This document shows positions 1-10,399 of a stretch of DNA of 64,000 bases, one piece after another. Source of the stretch: a virus. Made by a program: the position numbers and the translations under genes. The notes below the pieces were generated by a model. The model made no database searches, was not told where the DNA came from, and was given only the letters and a program-made list of their open reading frames with translations. Positions within the stretch are counted from its first letter, which is position 1; each line of letters opens with the position of its first letter. The stretch spans positions 1 to 64,000 of the IMG/VR virus record IMGVR_UViG_3300021479_000014, one strand, 5' to 3'.

Positions 1-135
1 TGATGTACATTTGACATAATATCGTTGGGCAGCTACATTCCATAAAACTGTAATAGTATAGGTTTCTCCATCAAATATAGGCGTAAAAGATGGTGCTCTA
101 ACGTTTGAAGGAACAAATGGATAATACGCAATCAT
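1..135 (-). CDS. baseplate protein (runs off window)
   Basis: ATGA overlap with upstream stop; MIAYYPFVPSNVRAPSFTPIFDGETYTITVLWNVAAQRYY resembles small myophage baseplate proteins. Confidence 0.6.
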   Translation of the reverse strand, partial: MIAYYPFVPSNVRAPSFTPIFDGETYTITVLWNVAAQRYYVKCTS

Positions 136-881
136 AATGGTGTAACAGGCATTGTAACAACTGGAGTACCACTAATCATTGGAAGTGTAACACCAGTACC
201 ATAATTTCCTATTGATGTAATACCAAGTGCCGTTTGTATAGCAGTTATTTGTGCGGCATTTGGCAAACCATTTGTAATTTTTGATATCAAATTATTCTCT
301 GCTGCAACAACATCTTGTAATGAAATAAGTGGAGCAGTAAAATCCCATCTCCAAGTATTTTGTGGTAATGGTGATTGTGATGTTGAAGCATCTGTTAAAT
401 TCTCAAGCAACATATTGTTATAAATATAAGCTGGTGTAAAAACAACATAACTTCCACCCAAATTATTATGATTGTCTAAAGCAAATTTAAGACTAGTCAT
501 TCTGGATTGCTTCATCGTCCATGCACTAGGTTCTTTCATAGGTGTCATCATAACTAATGAAACATTAAGAGGATTTCTCAACGTTGCATTAGAAGCAACA
601 TTCAAACTAGCAAAAGGATATTCTGCAATTGATTGTCTTATTAAAGCACCACCAGGTGCTGGCTGAAAAACAGCAAAAGCATTTTCAAAACTCCAATCAT
701 CTGGAACATTAACGCCTTCTGGTCCCATTTGTTGTGGTGCCAAAAATAATGCAGAAAAAACTTCAACATTAAGCAGTGCAAGTATTGGTAAATACCCACC
801 AACAACACCGGAAGCAATACCATTTTGCAACCAGATAGGAGTTAATTGATATAATAGTTGAACTTGACTAAGTGTGCTCAT
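132..881 (-). CDS. baseplate/tail tube initiator-like protein
   Basis: 249 aa, follows hub gene in tail operon. Confidence 0.55.
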   Translation of the reverse strand: MSTLSQVQLLYQLTPIWLQNGIASGVVGGYLPILALLNVEVFSALFLAPQQMGPEGVNVPDDWSFENAFAVFQPAPGGALIRQSIAEYPFASLNVASNATLRNPLNVSLVMMTPMKEPSAWTMKQSRMTSLKFALDNHNNLGGSYVVFTPAYIYNNMLLENLTDASTSQSPLPQNTWRWDFTAPLISLQDVVAAENNLISKITNGLPNAAQITAIQTALGITSIGNYGTGVTLPMISGTPVVTMPVTPL

Positions 882-2098
882 TCTGCTGTACTAGATCCAG
901 TTCCACCAGATTCACCAGTAAATGCTAATTGTCCACCTACTTGTACTATTCCACCTAATGCAGCGCCAAATCCGGCAGCAAAAGAACTTGAAGAAGCTTC
1001 TATTATTGTAACCCAAGACTCACCAGTAGGTTGCCTATAATGACCAACATGCCTAATTTTATTTACAACCCAAGAACCAGTAAATAAAAGAACATTACCA
1101 TGTTCATAAGTATTAGCTCCTTGTCCACTAGTATAACTAAATGCAGCACCACCACCTTGGATATTAACTAAAAGTTTTTCAGGAAGCGTAATATACACTG
1201 GTGCGCCACCAGCCATAGCTGAATTAATATCAGCTCTTAAAACAGTTTTGACTTGAATTTTATTATTATCAATCCACGTAGGCTGTCCAACTAAATCTTC
1301 AAATTGAATAGCAATTGGCGTACCAGGACCAGTAAAATCAGTAATTACATATTTACCATATCCTACAGGAAGTGATTGTACTCCTTGATAACCAGTAGTT
1401 TCTGGCGTTCCTAAAATACTATGAGAAAGCTGTTTAACATAATTCATATATTGCTCTAAACTTTGATGATACCCTTGATCTGGAGCATTCAAGATAAGAG
1501 CATTACTAATATTCACAACAAATTGAGAATTTGGAAAAGCAGTTGATAAAGCATTTTGTATAGCTGAAGATAATTGTGAACCCTGCGGCATATTATGAAT
1601 AATATTCTTTGGATCTGTAGGCCCTCCCATTCCAGTTGGATTACCTGGTATTATAATAAACGTTAAACTTAAATCATTTCCAGTCCAATTGCCAAAAGCA
1701 GGATAAATTTGTCCATCTGCTATAAGACCTTGATGAACTACTTGATCATTAGCTAATGGCAATCCCTCTGTAAATCCACCAAATAATTGCACTCTTTGAC
1801 CTGTAAAAACAGTTGATTGTGAAATAAGATTTTGAGTAATGCCTTTTATCGTAATTGATCCTGCACAAGCACCAGAAGTAACTTCAATATCAAAATCAAT
1901 ATCTAATGCACCTGGATCATTAACACCATTAAAATTACTGCTCCATTGAGAACCAGAAGCATATGCACTTATTTCTGGAAGAACGGTTGATGATAAACCA
2001 GCTAAAGCACCTTCACCAGTTATACTAGCTGCACCATTTATAATACTTAAATTTGGTGCAGATCCTACTGCGCTCACTTTTATAGCATAAAATCTCAA
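878..2098 (-). CDS. baseplate hub protein
   Basis: 406 aa directly after tape measure; C-terminal FTGSWVVNKIRHVGHYRQPTGESWVT typical of hub proteins. Confidence 0.65.
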   Translation of the reverse strand: MRFYAIKVSAVGSAPNLSIINGAASITGEGALAGLSSTVLPEISAYASGSQWSSNFNGVNDPGALDIDFDIEVTSGACAGSITIKGITQNLISQSTVFTGQRVQLFGGFTEGLPLANDQVVHQGLIADGQIYPAFGNWTGNDLSLTFIIIPGNPTGMGGPTDPKNIIHNMPQGSQLSSAIQNALSTAFPNSQFVVNISNALILNAPDQGYHQSLEQYMNYVKQLSHSILGTPETTGYQGVQSLPVGYGKYVITDFTGPGTPIAIQFEDLVGQPTWIDNNKIQVKTVLRADINSAMAGGAPVYITLPEKLLVNIQGGGAAFSYTSGQGANTYEHGNVLLFTGSWVVNKIRHVGHYRQPTGESWVTIIEASSSSFAAGFGAALGGIVQVGGQLAFTGESGGTGSSTAE

Positions 2099-5000
2099 GA
2101 ATCAAAATTCCCTTGAGCGCTTCCAATCGAAGCTGTCTGAAGATTAACATTTGAACCGGATTTATTAAATATCGTTACAACTGGACTTGCATCTTTGTGG
2201 AATTGGCTCATATCACCTAAATGCGGTGTCGGATCTCTACCATAAGGATCTGTACGACCTGGTTGAGCAGCAGCTTGCATTTGTGGTCTATTTTGTGGTC
2301 CATACGCAGCAGCAGTTTTTGCCATTTCCTCCTTTGTTGTGGGACTATATGCAGCAGCAGCAGTTTTCATCGTTTCATCTCGTTTTGCAATTGCATCACG
2401 AGTCATAGGATTAGCATCATCACCAAGATAACCACCGGAAGCTACTTTGATTGCTCTATAATTTCTGGCATTATTCTCACCAAAACCAGGATTATAACGG
2501 ACATTTTTATTACGATAATCCCCAGTCATAACTGGATTATCGTAATAATCTCTGACATGTGGTGCGCTGCCTTTGTACTGTTCTAAAACCTCCATACCAG
2601 TACGTTTACCTTTTTCATCAGTTAAATACTTTAAAAATTCAGCAGCATGATCTAGGCGCGCGCCCATAGTCCCTATGCCGCCACCAGCATAACGACCAGA
2701 TTGTTTTCCTTCTCTATCCAAAAATGTTGAAATTGGTGTGCCAGGTTTAATATCGCCCGACATCACATCTTCGCCTGGTCGCCAATCACCTACATGTCCA
2801 CCTTCTTTCATTGCTCCTGATTTAATACCAACCGCTGCTGATGCCAATGCAACACATTGCGGGCTTGTGATTAAACCATTATCTTTCATTTTCTTTAGAT
2901 CATCAGCCCAATGTCCTGTAGCGCCACCTTGGCTTGAAGCACTACCAACAAATGCTGGAGCTTTACCTCCACCGGTAGTAATGCCTCCACCATCTCCACC
3001 AGTAGTAACGGTTCCGCCACCTCCTTCTCCACCAGTATAAGAAGATACTGATGGAACGCCACCTAAATATTCCTGTTGGCGCTGCAAAGCATAACTGCCT
3101 GTCGCCACAGGCTTTCCATTTATTATCCGAGTTCCTTTTGGTCTTTCATATCCTAGTAAGTAGTCAGCAGCTTGTTGACCTGCCGCTGCATGAGTTTGCA
3201 TTTCCTTCCATACATTAGGATAATTCTTTTGCAAATTTTCAATTTGATATTCTGCTTGTGCCTTTGGATCACGCCAATTTTTACCCTGCTCTTTCATTGC
3301 CGCTAAAAAACGACCCTTTTCACTTCCGGCAGATGTACCAGAAAATTGCCAAAGACCAACACCTGTTCCACCTTCTTCAGTCGCTCCACCTTTGAATGCA
3401 CTCTCCGATTGAATATTAGCCATCATTCCAGCAATGCCTTCTTCAGAGGCACCTGCTTTACGAAACACATCAGCAACAATGGCAGCGTTTTGTTTGGCAG
3501 TAGCTCCAGGTCTAGGGTCTTTTCCGCCAAAACCCTTACCAGCTTCTTGCATTAATGGAGTAGCTTTTTCTCCAGTTACGGAAGGAAATACACCACCTCC
3601 ACCTCCACCGCCAGAAGCTAAAGGAGCGCCTCCACCTACGCCTCCACCATCAGCCATATCTTTAAATGCAACAGGACCAGCTCCGCCGCCACCTCCACCT
3701 CCGCCACCACCACCGCCTTCTCCACCACCATATCTTTCTGCAAGATATTTACCAGAAGTAAGTTCCATATTCAATGCTGACATATTATCAGCTAATGGCT
3801 TTATTTCTTTATTCAAATCAACAAAGATATCAGAACTCTTCATTAGTTCTCTATTAAATTCACCGAAGTCCTTACCACCTTCTGTTGTTGTATTACTCAA
3901 CATATTACGGAAAGCAGATGCCTCCTTTGCTGGCATTACAAGTTCATCTTGATGAAGCATAGCCATTCCTGTATCAGGAACACTATATGCTCCAGTTTGG
4001 AACTGTGGTACAAGAGGAGCCTCTTGTAATCCTTTCAAAAGATTATCAGTACTAGCGGATGGTTTAGATATTAAAGGATTTTCTTTTCCAATATTTTTAT
4101 CCCAAGTTTCTGGCTGTCCACCAAATGGTTTCCATAGCCATTCACTAAATGGATTTGGATTAGCATGACCCTCTCTTTCTTGTTTTGCAAATGGTGCATT
4201 AGTCAAATATACAATAATTTTATCAATAGCGGATGCCAATCCAACTAAATTCTTAGCCGCGACAGTTTCAAGAACTTGTCCAAACAGACCTAAGTGTTTA
4301 TTTAAATCAGTATATACTTGAGTAGTATCATCACCCAAATCAAGTAATTTTTCATTTTGTGCTGCTTCTTTAGCACCTTGTTCTAATTGAAATTCAGTAG
4401 CTTTTTTGATTCTAAATACATCATCTGGACTAAACATATCTTTAAGTGCTGTATTATTGAAATATGCCAGAAATTGTCCAAAATCTTTAAATCTATCCAT
4501 TAATTTTTTAAGAGCAATATTTTGATCAGCTAACTGTGCAGGACCAGATTTTACACCTTCTGTCTGTGGATTCAAACCTAATTGAATTTGGGCAATACGT
4601 GCTTGGGATGTAGGATCCAAAGCCATACGTGTTGCTGCCATACCGGCATTTACATCACGATATGGTCCTACTGAATATTCAGCAGCTTCAAAAGCACCGT
4701 ATGCTTGCCCATATCCTCTGGCTTGTCTACTCCTTCTTGCTACAGGTTCAGCTAAAGCGATAGCAGTACCAACCGCTAAAAGAGCACCAGCAGCCACAGT
4801 TTCTACTAATTGCATACCTCCTGGTGCCATAAAAAATTGTTTTAATAAACTAGTCATACCACCTATCAAACCATAATGGGCACCTCCTCCTGTTGCGCCA
4901 GCACCAACCCGTGCAGTATTCCCAAGAGCATTAATAAATTGAGATTCTTCTCTTCTTTTACCAGAAGTTTTCTGTTTTCCTTCTGTGAAGAACCCTTTAA

Positions 5001-5640
5001 CGTGGCCCCAAAATGAAGCAGCACCCTCTGAAGCTCTAACAGATTCAGCTTTAAATTCATCCGTTGTAGCTTTTTCTTTAGGTGATGACCAAGCTAAATT
5101 TTTAAATGGATCTTTGCCGATCCTTCTAGATTCAAATTCTTTTTCAAATGCTGTTTTTGGTGTTGGCCCTTTTGGTTGTTGAGCCATTTTTCGCGCTACG
5201 GGATCTACTTCTGGATTTTCTTGTCTCCATTTATTTATAGGACCAATTATTGGATCTCTTGCAGCCCTTTTAAGATCTTCTTCAAATTTTTTGAATTTAC
5301 TAGAAATGCTAGTATCAAATCTTTTACCTGCTCTATCAATAGCTTCACCAAATTTATTAACGCCTCCAATAAGATCACGATCTATACTAGATCCAACTCT
5401 TTTAAGTGATCCTTCAATCTTATTCAATTCTCTAGATTGTTTTATCCATAATGCCTCAGCAGCAGCATTAGCTTTATCATACCAAAATTTAGTAGTTTTT
5501 GTTGCTTGATTATTTTCACCAAGTCTTCTTGTTACATCAGCAAGTCTTTGTTCTAGTTTAATAGCCTTATCAACAGCATCGTCAAGCCCTTTAGAGGCTT
5601 GTTCCATTTGAACTTTAATTTCAAATTCCGATGTTGGCAC
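2095..5640 (-). CDS. tape measure protein with tail-lysozyme and Tae2/BPSL0067-like peptidase domains
   Basis: 1181 aa; helical N-terminus, Gly linkers, GIAGMMANIQSES..GVGLWQF lysozyme motif, QCVALA..W.PGEDV..GTPISTF..GRY..HAAEF peptidase motif. Confidence 0.8.
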   Translation of the reverse strand: MPTSEFEIKVQMEQASKGLDDAVDKAIKLEQRLADVTRRLGENNQATKTTKFWYDKANAAAEALWIKQSRELNKIEGSLKRVGSSIDRDLIGGVNKFGEAIDRAGKRFDTSISSKFKKFEEDLKRAARDPIIGPINKWRQENPEVDPVARKMAQQPKGPTPKTAFEKEFESRRIGKDPFKNLAWSSPKEKATTDEFKAESVRASEGAASFWGHVKGFFTEGKQKTSGKRREESQFINALGNTARVGAGATGGGAHYGLIGGMTSLLKQFFMAPGGMQLVETVAAGALLAVGTAIALAEPVARRSRQARGYGQAYGAFEAAEYSVGPYRDVNAGMAATRMALDPTSQARIAQIQLGLNPQTEGVKSGPAQLADQNIALKKLMDRFKDFGQFLAYFNNTALKDMFSPDDVFRIKKATEFQLEQGAKEAAQNEKLLDLGDDTTQVYTDLNKHLGLFGQVLETVAAKNLVGLASAIDKIIVYLTNAPFAKQEREGHANPNPFSEWLWKPFGGQPETWDKNIGKENPLISKPSASTDNLLKGLQEAPLVPQFQTGAYSVPDTGMAMLHQDELVMPAKEASAFRNMLSNTTTEGGKDFGEFNRELMKSSDIFVDLNKEIKPLADNMSALNMELTSGKYLAERYGGGEGGGGGGGGGGGGAGPVAFKDMADGGGVGGGAPLASGGGGGGGVFPSVTGEKATPLMQEAGKGFGGKDPRPGATAKQNAAIVADVFRKAGASEEGIAGMMANIQSESAFKGGATEEGGTGVGLWQFSGTSAGSEKGRFLAAMKEQGKNWRDPKAQAEYQIENLQKNYPNVWKEMQTHAAAGQQAADYLLGYERPKGTRIINGKPVATGSYALQRQQEYLGGVPSVSSYTGGEGGGGTVTTGGDGGGITTGGGKAPAFVGSASSQGGATGHWADDLKKMKDNGLITSPQCVALASAAVGIKSGAMKEGGHVGDWRPGEDVMSGDIKPGTPISTFLDREGKQSGRYAGGGIGTMGARLDHAAEFLKYLTDEKGKRTGMEVLEQYKGSAPHVRDYYDNPVMTGDYRNKNVRYNPGFGENNARNYRAIKVASGGYLGDDANPMTRDAIAKRDETMKTAAAAYSPTTKEEMAKTAAAYGPQNRPQMQAAAQPGRTDPYGRDPTPHLGDMSQFHKDASPVVTIFNKSGSNVNLQTASIGSAQGNFDS

Positions 5641-5643
5641 TTA

Positions 5644-5892
5644 CTACTGTCTCCAGAAGCGATACCGCCACTCTAAGGCGCTTATGTATTCAAAATTAAA
5701 TTGATACATAAATTCCTGAAATCCCATAGTAGAAAGATAATCTAGGATGGAATGGATAACGCTGATGCTACAGTTTGTTTCGGTGGCGCTGCTTTCTCCG
5801 GTGGTTTCTCGCCAGTACTGACGATCTGAGTCGATGTCTGCAAAGAACGCATGTATTCCATAGAACCCAATAATGTAGTTTCCGCTTTCCAA
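5644..5892 (-). CDS. possible -1 frameshift extension of tail chaperone
   Basis: Overlapping -1 frame ORF filling the gap to the tape measure; protein-like C-terminal 40 aa. Confidence 0.4.
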   Translation of the reverse strand: MESGNYIIGFYGIHAFFADIDSDRQYWRETTGESSATETNCSISVIHSILDYLSTMGFQEFMYQFNFEYISALEWRYRFWRQ

Positions 5893-6356
5893 ATTCCAGT
5901 CAATCCCTGATACGCCATTTGTAGTTCGCTTCTTAGGTGTAGAGCTGAGGCAACAATAAAATATACAATGGCGTTCTCGACCTCCATCAATATTTGTTCA
6001 TCAACTAGTTTTCTATTTTTAACTTCAAAATATGGTAAAGTTGTCCATCCTCCACCATTTGTACTTGGCATTATTACATTCGTAAGACGTTCAATTTCAT
6101 TCATCAGATTTTGACTAATATCTGTTTGATCATCTATCTCCTTTGCAGCATCACGTAAGGCAAGGCGCGCTATCCGTGGCGCCATACTAGGACCAACTCC
6201 ATTTGCATATAGATTTGCTAATGTTCTGGTCATTAGCATATAATTTGCTTCAAATACCTCCTTACCAATTGGCATAGAATGAAAGTATATTTTATGATGC
6301 TCATCTATTTCCATTGGAAGAACTAGATTAAGCTTCCTATTGATAGATATTGACAT
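5742..6356 (-). CDS. tail assembly chaperone
   Basis: 204 aa between tail tube and tape measure. Confidence 0.65.
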   Translation of the reverse strand: MSISINRKLNLVLPMEIDEHHKIYFHSMPIGKEVFEANYMLMTRTLANLYANGVGPSMAPRIARLALRDAAKEIDDQTDISQNLMNEIERLTNVIMPSTNGGGWTTLPYFEVKNRKLVDEQILMEVENAIVYFIVASALHLRSELQMAYQGLTGIWKAETTLLGSMEYMRSLQTSTQIVSTGEKPPEKAAPPKQTVASALSIPS

Positions 6357-6380
6357 CTGCTACCTCTGTTGCCTCAACTC

Positions 6381-6869
6381 TTACTGATCGAACATAGAAC
6401 TGTTAACTTCGTAGTAACCCTTGATTGTAACCACGAAAAGGGGTGATTCGCCGGCGAATGACATTTCGCGAACAGTTTCAAGGACGGCATTTCTAATGGT
6501 ATATGCCTGCAATCCATAGGCTGTTCCGGCTTGTCCAACACCTGATGGCGCCGCTATACCCACATCTGGAAGAACAGTTATGTCTCCCAGAAGTGTACTC
6601 AACTCAAATTGAGTCTTGTAATTTTGCGCAAATGGTTGAGATTTAAGCAAGTTGATTGTCAATGTAGCGATTTGATATGGAACAGGCGAAGGAACAGCAC
6701 CTGTCATAGACGGGAAATAATCAGTCGCATTTCCCTCAAGAGCTAGTGATATTCCCTCCTTCCCAAGAAATTGTGGGTTGATATTTAAAGCTCCATTAGA
6801 TACATAAGGTATCTGAACCGAAGCCTTAACGCGATTGAGTGTACCCTGTTGTTGATTTGGATTAGGCAT
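6381..6869 (-). CDS. tail tube protein
   Basis: 162 aa beta-rich protein after sheath. Confidence 0.7.
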   Translation of the reverse strand: MPNPNQQQGTLNRVKASVQIPYVSNGALNINPQFLGKEGISLALEGNATDYFPSMTGAVPSPVPYQIATLTINLLKSQPFAQNYKTQFELSTLLGDITVLPDVGIAAPSGVGQAGTAYGLQAYTIRNAVLETVREMSFAGESPLFVVTIKGYYEVNSSMFDQ

Positions 6870-6898
6870 CGTTTATCTCCTATGATAAGATTTTAGAA

Positions 6899-8350
6899 TT
6901 ATTGTGTCACAATGTTAGTTGCGACCACAACCACAAGAACATGCACGAAGCCACGTGACGGGATGAACATTGTCGAAAGTCCATCATATTCACCACGTCC
7001 ATAATCACCAGGATTCAGCTGTGCATACGTTAGAAATGGCACAGCATTCACATTGCATTTCGCCGCATATGTTCCCACTTGAATTTGTTGAGCAAGGTAT
7101 GCGGGATCATATCCAGTTTGAACAACTGGTCCATTAACCATACCGAACTGTACTCCAGCTGTCATTACACCAGCAAGAACAGCTTCCATAAAGTTAATGC
7201 CAAATTGATCGTAGTATAGCGGCGCCAACGGATTATTGGCACCATTGATGATAGCGTTTGAAAGGGTCTGATTTATATTGAGCTGGACCCAATCAATAGT
7301 CCACCACCAATTGAAGTAGTCCTGTCCATCAGCCGTAACACCCTCGTAGATGTTGGTGAAATTGATTCCACCTTCTGCACCAGTTTGGATGTAATTCACG
7401 GCATTTTGCTTCATGCTGAGAAGCAACGGGCCATTGTTTTGCAATGGGTACGGAGTAACACCGTAGATGAACTTAAAGCACATTGGCGCCACACGAGTAA
7501 TAGCAGTGGCACGAAATTGTATTCCTTGATAGAACATTCCTGCTAGAGTAAACTCAGCATAAGATCCCACAGCAGATGCCTGTCTGGCAGCTGCAACACC
7601 AGGAGCTTCCAACAATTGAACAACTGACTTGACAGTATCTGGAATCAAGCCGATGCAGGAAGGATCTCCAAGTGTAAGCCAGAAATAAGTCATCGCTTCT
7701 GGGTTAACAAACTGTTGGAAGACAGGGAGAGCTTGTGGAATATTAGCTGCCTCACCCCATTCGGCAGGCAACAAATAACCATAAAAAGAAAATGTATTAT
7801 TGGTTAGCCACTGTTCCAGTTTCGCAATTTGGTCAGCAATGTCTACTGCAACACCAAGTTCCAGAACAGAAACAGGCATAGCTGTTCCTTGTCTGAAATA
7901 TGATGCCACCATAGCATTCAATTCAACAGAAGAATATGGTGCAAATGTACCATATGTTGTTGGCAATCCAGGATCAACTGCCATAGGTACAGAGAAGATA
8001 TTCTGGGTAATATCAACAACAGTACAAGTATAAAGACCATTAAGTGTTGCTGGAACAAACCCCGAAAATGCCATGTCGAAAGTGTCGCCATCCTGCAAAC
8101 CCGCAGGTAATGGATTAGCGGCAGTCATTCTGAGAACGCCACTATTCCAAGTAGCAGAAGTCAAACTATTCGCTGGTTCCATCATTCCAGTCAAATCACC
8201 AAACTGTGTCAAAACGCCTACCGAATTGACAGGCAGATTTGAACCACCAAACGACACAGCAGCGCCAGTTTGCTGATACCCTGACGGAGTAGGTGCAAGA
8301 ATAGTGTTAACTTGAACAGTTACGATGGCATTAGGATCTAGCGCGGCCAT
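6899..8350 (-). CDS. tail sheath protein
   Basis: 483 aa; DYFNWWWTIDWVQLN..NPLAPLYYDQFGIN resembles DUF3383-type sheaths. Confidence 0.75.
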   Translation of the reverse strand: MAALDPNAIVTVQVNTILAPTPSGYQQTGAAVSFGGSNLPVNSVGVLTQFGDLTGMMEPANSLTSATWNSGVLRMTAANPLPAGLQDGDTFDMAFSGFVPATLNGLYTCTVVDITQNIFSVPMAVDPGLPTTYGTFAPYSSVELNAMVASYFRQGTAMPVSVLELGVAVDIADQIAKLEQWLTNNTFSFYGYLLPAEWGEAANIPQALPVFQQFVNPEAMTYFWLTLGDPSCIGLIPDTVKSVVQLLEAPGVAAARQASAVGSYAEFTLAGMFYQGIQFRATAITRVAPMCFKFIYGVTPYPLQNNGPLLLSMKQNAVNYIQTGAEGGINFTNIYEGVTADGQDYFNWWWTIDWVQLNINQTLSNAIINGANNPLAPLYYDQFGINFMEAVLAGVMTAGVQFGMVNGPVVQTGYDPAYLAQQIQVGTYAAKCNVNAVPFLTYAQLNPGDYGRGEYDGLSTMFIPSRGFVHVLVVVVATNIVTQ

Positions 8351-8366
8351 TGGAGTCTCCTAGTGG

Positions 8367-9365
8367 TTACGGTGTTGGTATAGACGGTCTCACAGTAATT
8401 GATGCACCGCTACCTTCATCATGAACAATACATCCCAAAATGTGTTGCCTAGCAACATCACGTACAGATTGTTGAACATAATTTACTTCAACTACAATGT
8501 GTTTCTTTTGAGCCAAGACTTGTAACTCAGCTTGTTCTCGTTTTTCATCAGATATAATTGGCATATTCCTAATACCAATTAAACTCCAATCGGAACTATA
8601 TTGGATAATAAAATTAAGAAACGTAATTATATCATCATTATTTACGCCATACGTTGTAATTATAACTTTTTCACAAGCTAATTGACTACTTTGTAATCTT
8701 GGCCCTAAAAATGCGATAGCTTCCAATGCTCTTGTATCTTCAATATGAACTGCTCCATAAGGAGGTGGCTCATTCTGCGGAATAAGGAATGATGGATATA
8801 AAGGAAATGGACAAATAAATCCAGGATAGGGTGGCCTATAACTAGGCATTGCTAACCAAATAGGTAATGAATTAGAAATTATTTGTTCAGACGGTAGTTG
8901 CGCAACATCATCGATAATCTGTATATCAGTAATAGATGTTACAGCAACACCCATATAATGCCATAAACCTGCTTGCTCGTAATATTTACCATGTGAACTA
9001 AAAGCAAATCGAATTCCCATATAAGTGCCAATATACATATATTGTGGAGTAATTTCTTGAAAAGCATCTATACCAGCTAACGCAGTGAATACAATAGTAT
9101 TATATGGTATAGTAGCATCTTCCTCTTGCTCAACTTCTGTTGAATAATGTAAAGAACCAGTGACAATTACGGTATCTCTTAATGTTGGAATAGGTTTAGT
9201 CAAATTAGCTCTAACCCAAAAAACATAACCATCTAAAGGTAATACCAATTTTTTGTACAAAAGAAAGGTAATCTGAGTATCAGCAGAAAGTGTTCTAACG
9301 CCACCAGATAATACTCCATTCAACGCACCTTGAGCACTATTAGCTGCTTCACTAACAGTAGTCAT
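8367..9365 (-). CDS. head closure/tail completion protein
   Basis: 332 aa, position between neck and sheath. Confidence 0.55.
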   Translation of the reverse strand: MTTVSEAANSAQGALNGVLSGGVRTLSADTQITFLLYKKLVLPLDGYVFWVRANLTKPIPTLRDTVIVTGSLHYSTEVEQEEDATIPYNTIVFTALAGIDAFQEITPQYMYIGTYMGIRFAFSSHGKYYEQAGLWHYMGVAVTSITDIQIIDDVAQLPSEQIISNSLPIWLAMPSYRPPYPGFICPFPLYPSFLIPQNEPPPYGAVHIEDTRALEAIAFLGPRLQSSQLACEKVIITTYGVNNDDIITFLNFIIQYSSDWSLIGIRNMPIISDEKREQAELQVLAQKKHIVVEVNYVQQSVRDVARQHILGCIVHDEGSGASITVRPSIPTP

Positions 9366-9859
9366 TTAACCCAAGCTCTAAATGATGCTTTATAAATACC
9401 AGTTCGATCAAATGAAGGTCTTTGTCTTGTACTAATACCACGTTTACGTCTTTTACCTTTTGAAGCATCCGTAGGAACGCCTGGAATCATACCATTCATT
9501 TCTTCATCATCTATAAATGTCTTAAACAGATTTTGTATCTGATCTGTATGAGGTTTCATTAAATTTTTCATTTTAGCTCTAGTTGCGCCACCTCTATTCT
9601 GAATCGTATGTTCTGCAACTTCACGGAACCCATTATGGATTAAAGCATTAATTTCTTCTTTGTATACTTCAGAAAATGTTTCGACAATACCATATTTTCT
9701 TTCCAAAATCTTACTCAATTTATCTGCTGTCATCGTTCTAGAAAAACCACGCCTCCGTTTACGTCTTTCTTCCAATTTCGATGCGCGAACTGGAGCTTCC
9801 ATAGCTTCGGCAGTATAAGGAGTATTGATAAATCCCATATGTAACGTAATATCTTTCAT
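9362..9859 (-). CDS. neck/virion morphogenesis protein
   Basis: Start at ATGA overlap; RPSFDRTGIYKASF C-terminal motif. Confidence 0.6.
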   Translation of the reverse strand: MKDITLHMGFINTPYTAEAMEAPVRASKLEERRKRRRGFSRTMTADKLSKILERKYGIVETFSEVYKEEINALIHNGFREVAEHTIQNRGGATRAKMKNLMKPHTDQIQNLFKTFIDDEEMNGMIPGVPTDASKGKRRKRGISTRQRPSFDRTGIYKASFRAWVK

Positions 9860-10167
9860 GGAGGTAACATTGATTGCGTTATTTCTACCCATGCACCATT
9901 CTGACGAACATAAAAGCCACCATCAGAAGGAGCATCAGGAATAGTGCCTCCAGCAGGTCCAGCAGGGCCTTGCGGACCTTGAGATCCTTGCGCTCCGGCT
10001 GTGCCAGGTGCCCCAGGAGGGCCTTGAGGACCAGGCGGTCCAGGCGGTCCTTCAGGTCCCTCAGGTCCAACATTACCACCGCCGCCGCCAATCACACTTT
10101 CTACGTGACCTTTGGTAACAAAGGTTGAGGCGCCACCCTTACCTGCCCCCATTGCATGTTGTGGCAT
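9856..10167 (-). CDS. collagen-like protein with fibritin foldon
   Basis: About 14 Gly-X-Y triplets then IPDAPSDGGFYVRQNGAWVEI. Confidence 0.75.
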   Translation of the reverse strand: MPQHAMGAGKGGASTFVTKGHVESVIGGGGGNVGPEGPEGPPGPPGPQGPPGAPGTAGAQGSQGPQGPAGPAGGTIPDAPSDGGFYVRQNGAWVEITQSMLPP

Positions 10168-10178
10168 TACATCCTCAC

Positions 10179-10391
10179 TTAAAAGCCAGGTTTTGGACGT
10201 GGACGCGGAAGTGTACCTCCACCAGTTTTTATGACAGGAGGACGTTGAGGCTGTTGTTCGGGTTTTGGAGGACTAGGTTGTTGTTCTGCTTTTGGAGGAT
10301 CTTGAGGATCAAATGGCGGAGGATTGGGAGGATCAGGGAATGTCCAATATTGCCATCTTGGCATACGGACATATTGCGTTGTTTGTGGCAT
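10179..10391 (-). CDS. small Pro/Gln-rich protein
   Basis: GAGG RBS before ATG 10391; lies in operon. Confidence 0.5.
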   Translation of the reverse strand: MPQTTQYVRMPRWQYWTFPDPPNPPPFDPQDPPKAEQQPSPPKPEQQPQRPPVIKTGGGTLPRPRPKPGF

Positions 10392-10399
10392 TTTAACCT

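Noticed and set aside
3590-3730. CCA/CCT/CCG microsatellite and the 172-aa poly-Pro plus-strand ORF
   Set aside because: Encodes poly-Gly linkers of the tape measure on the minus strand
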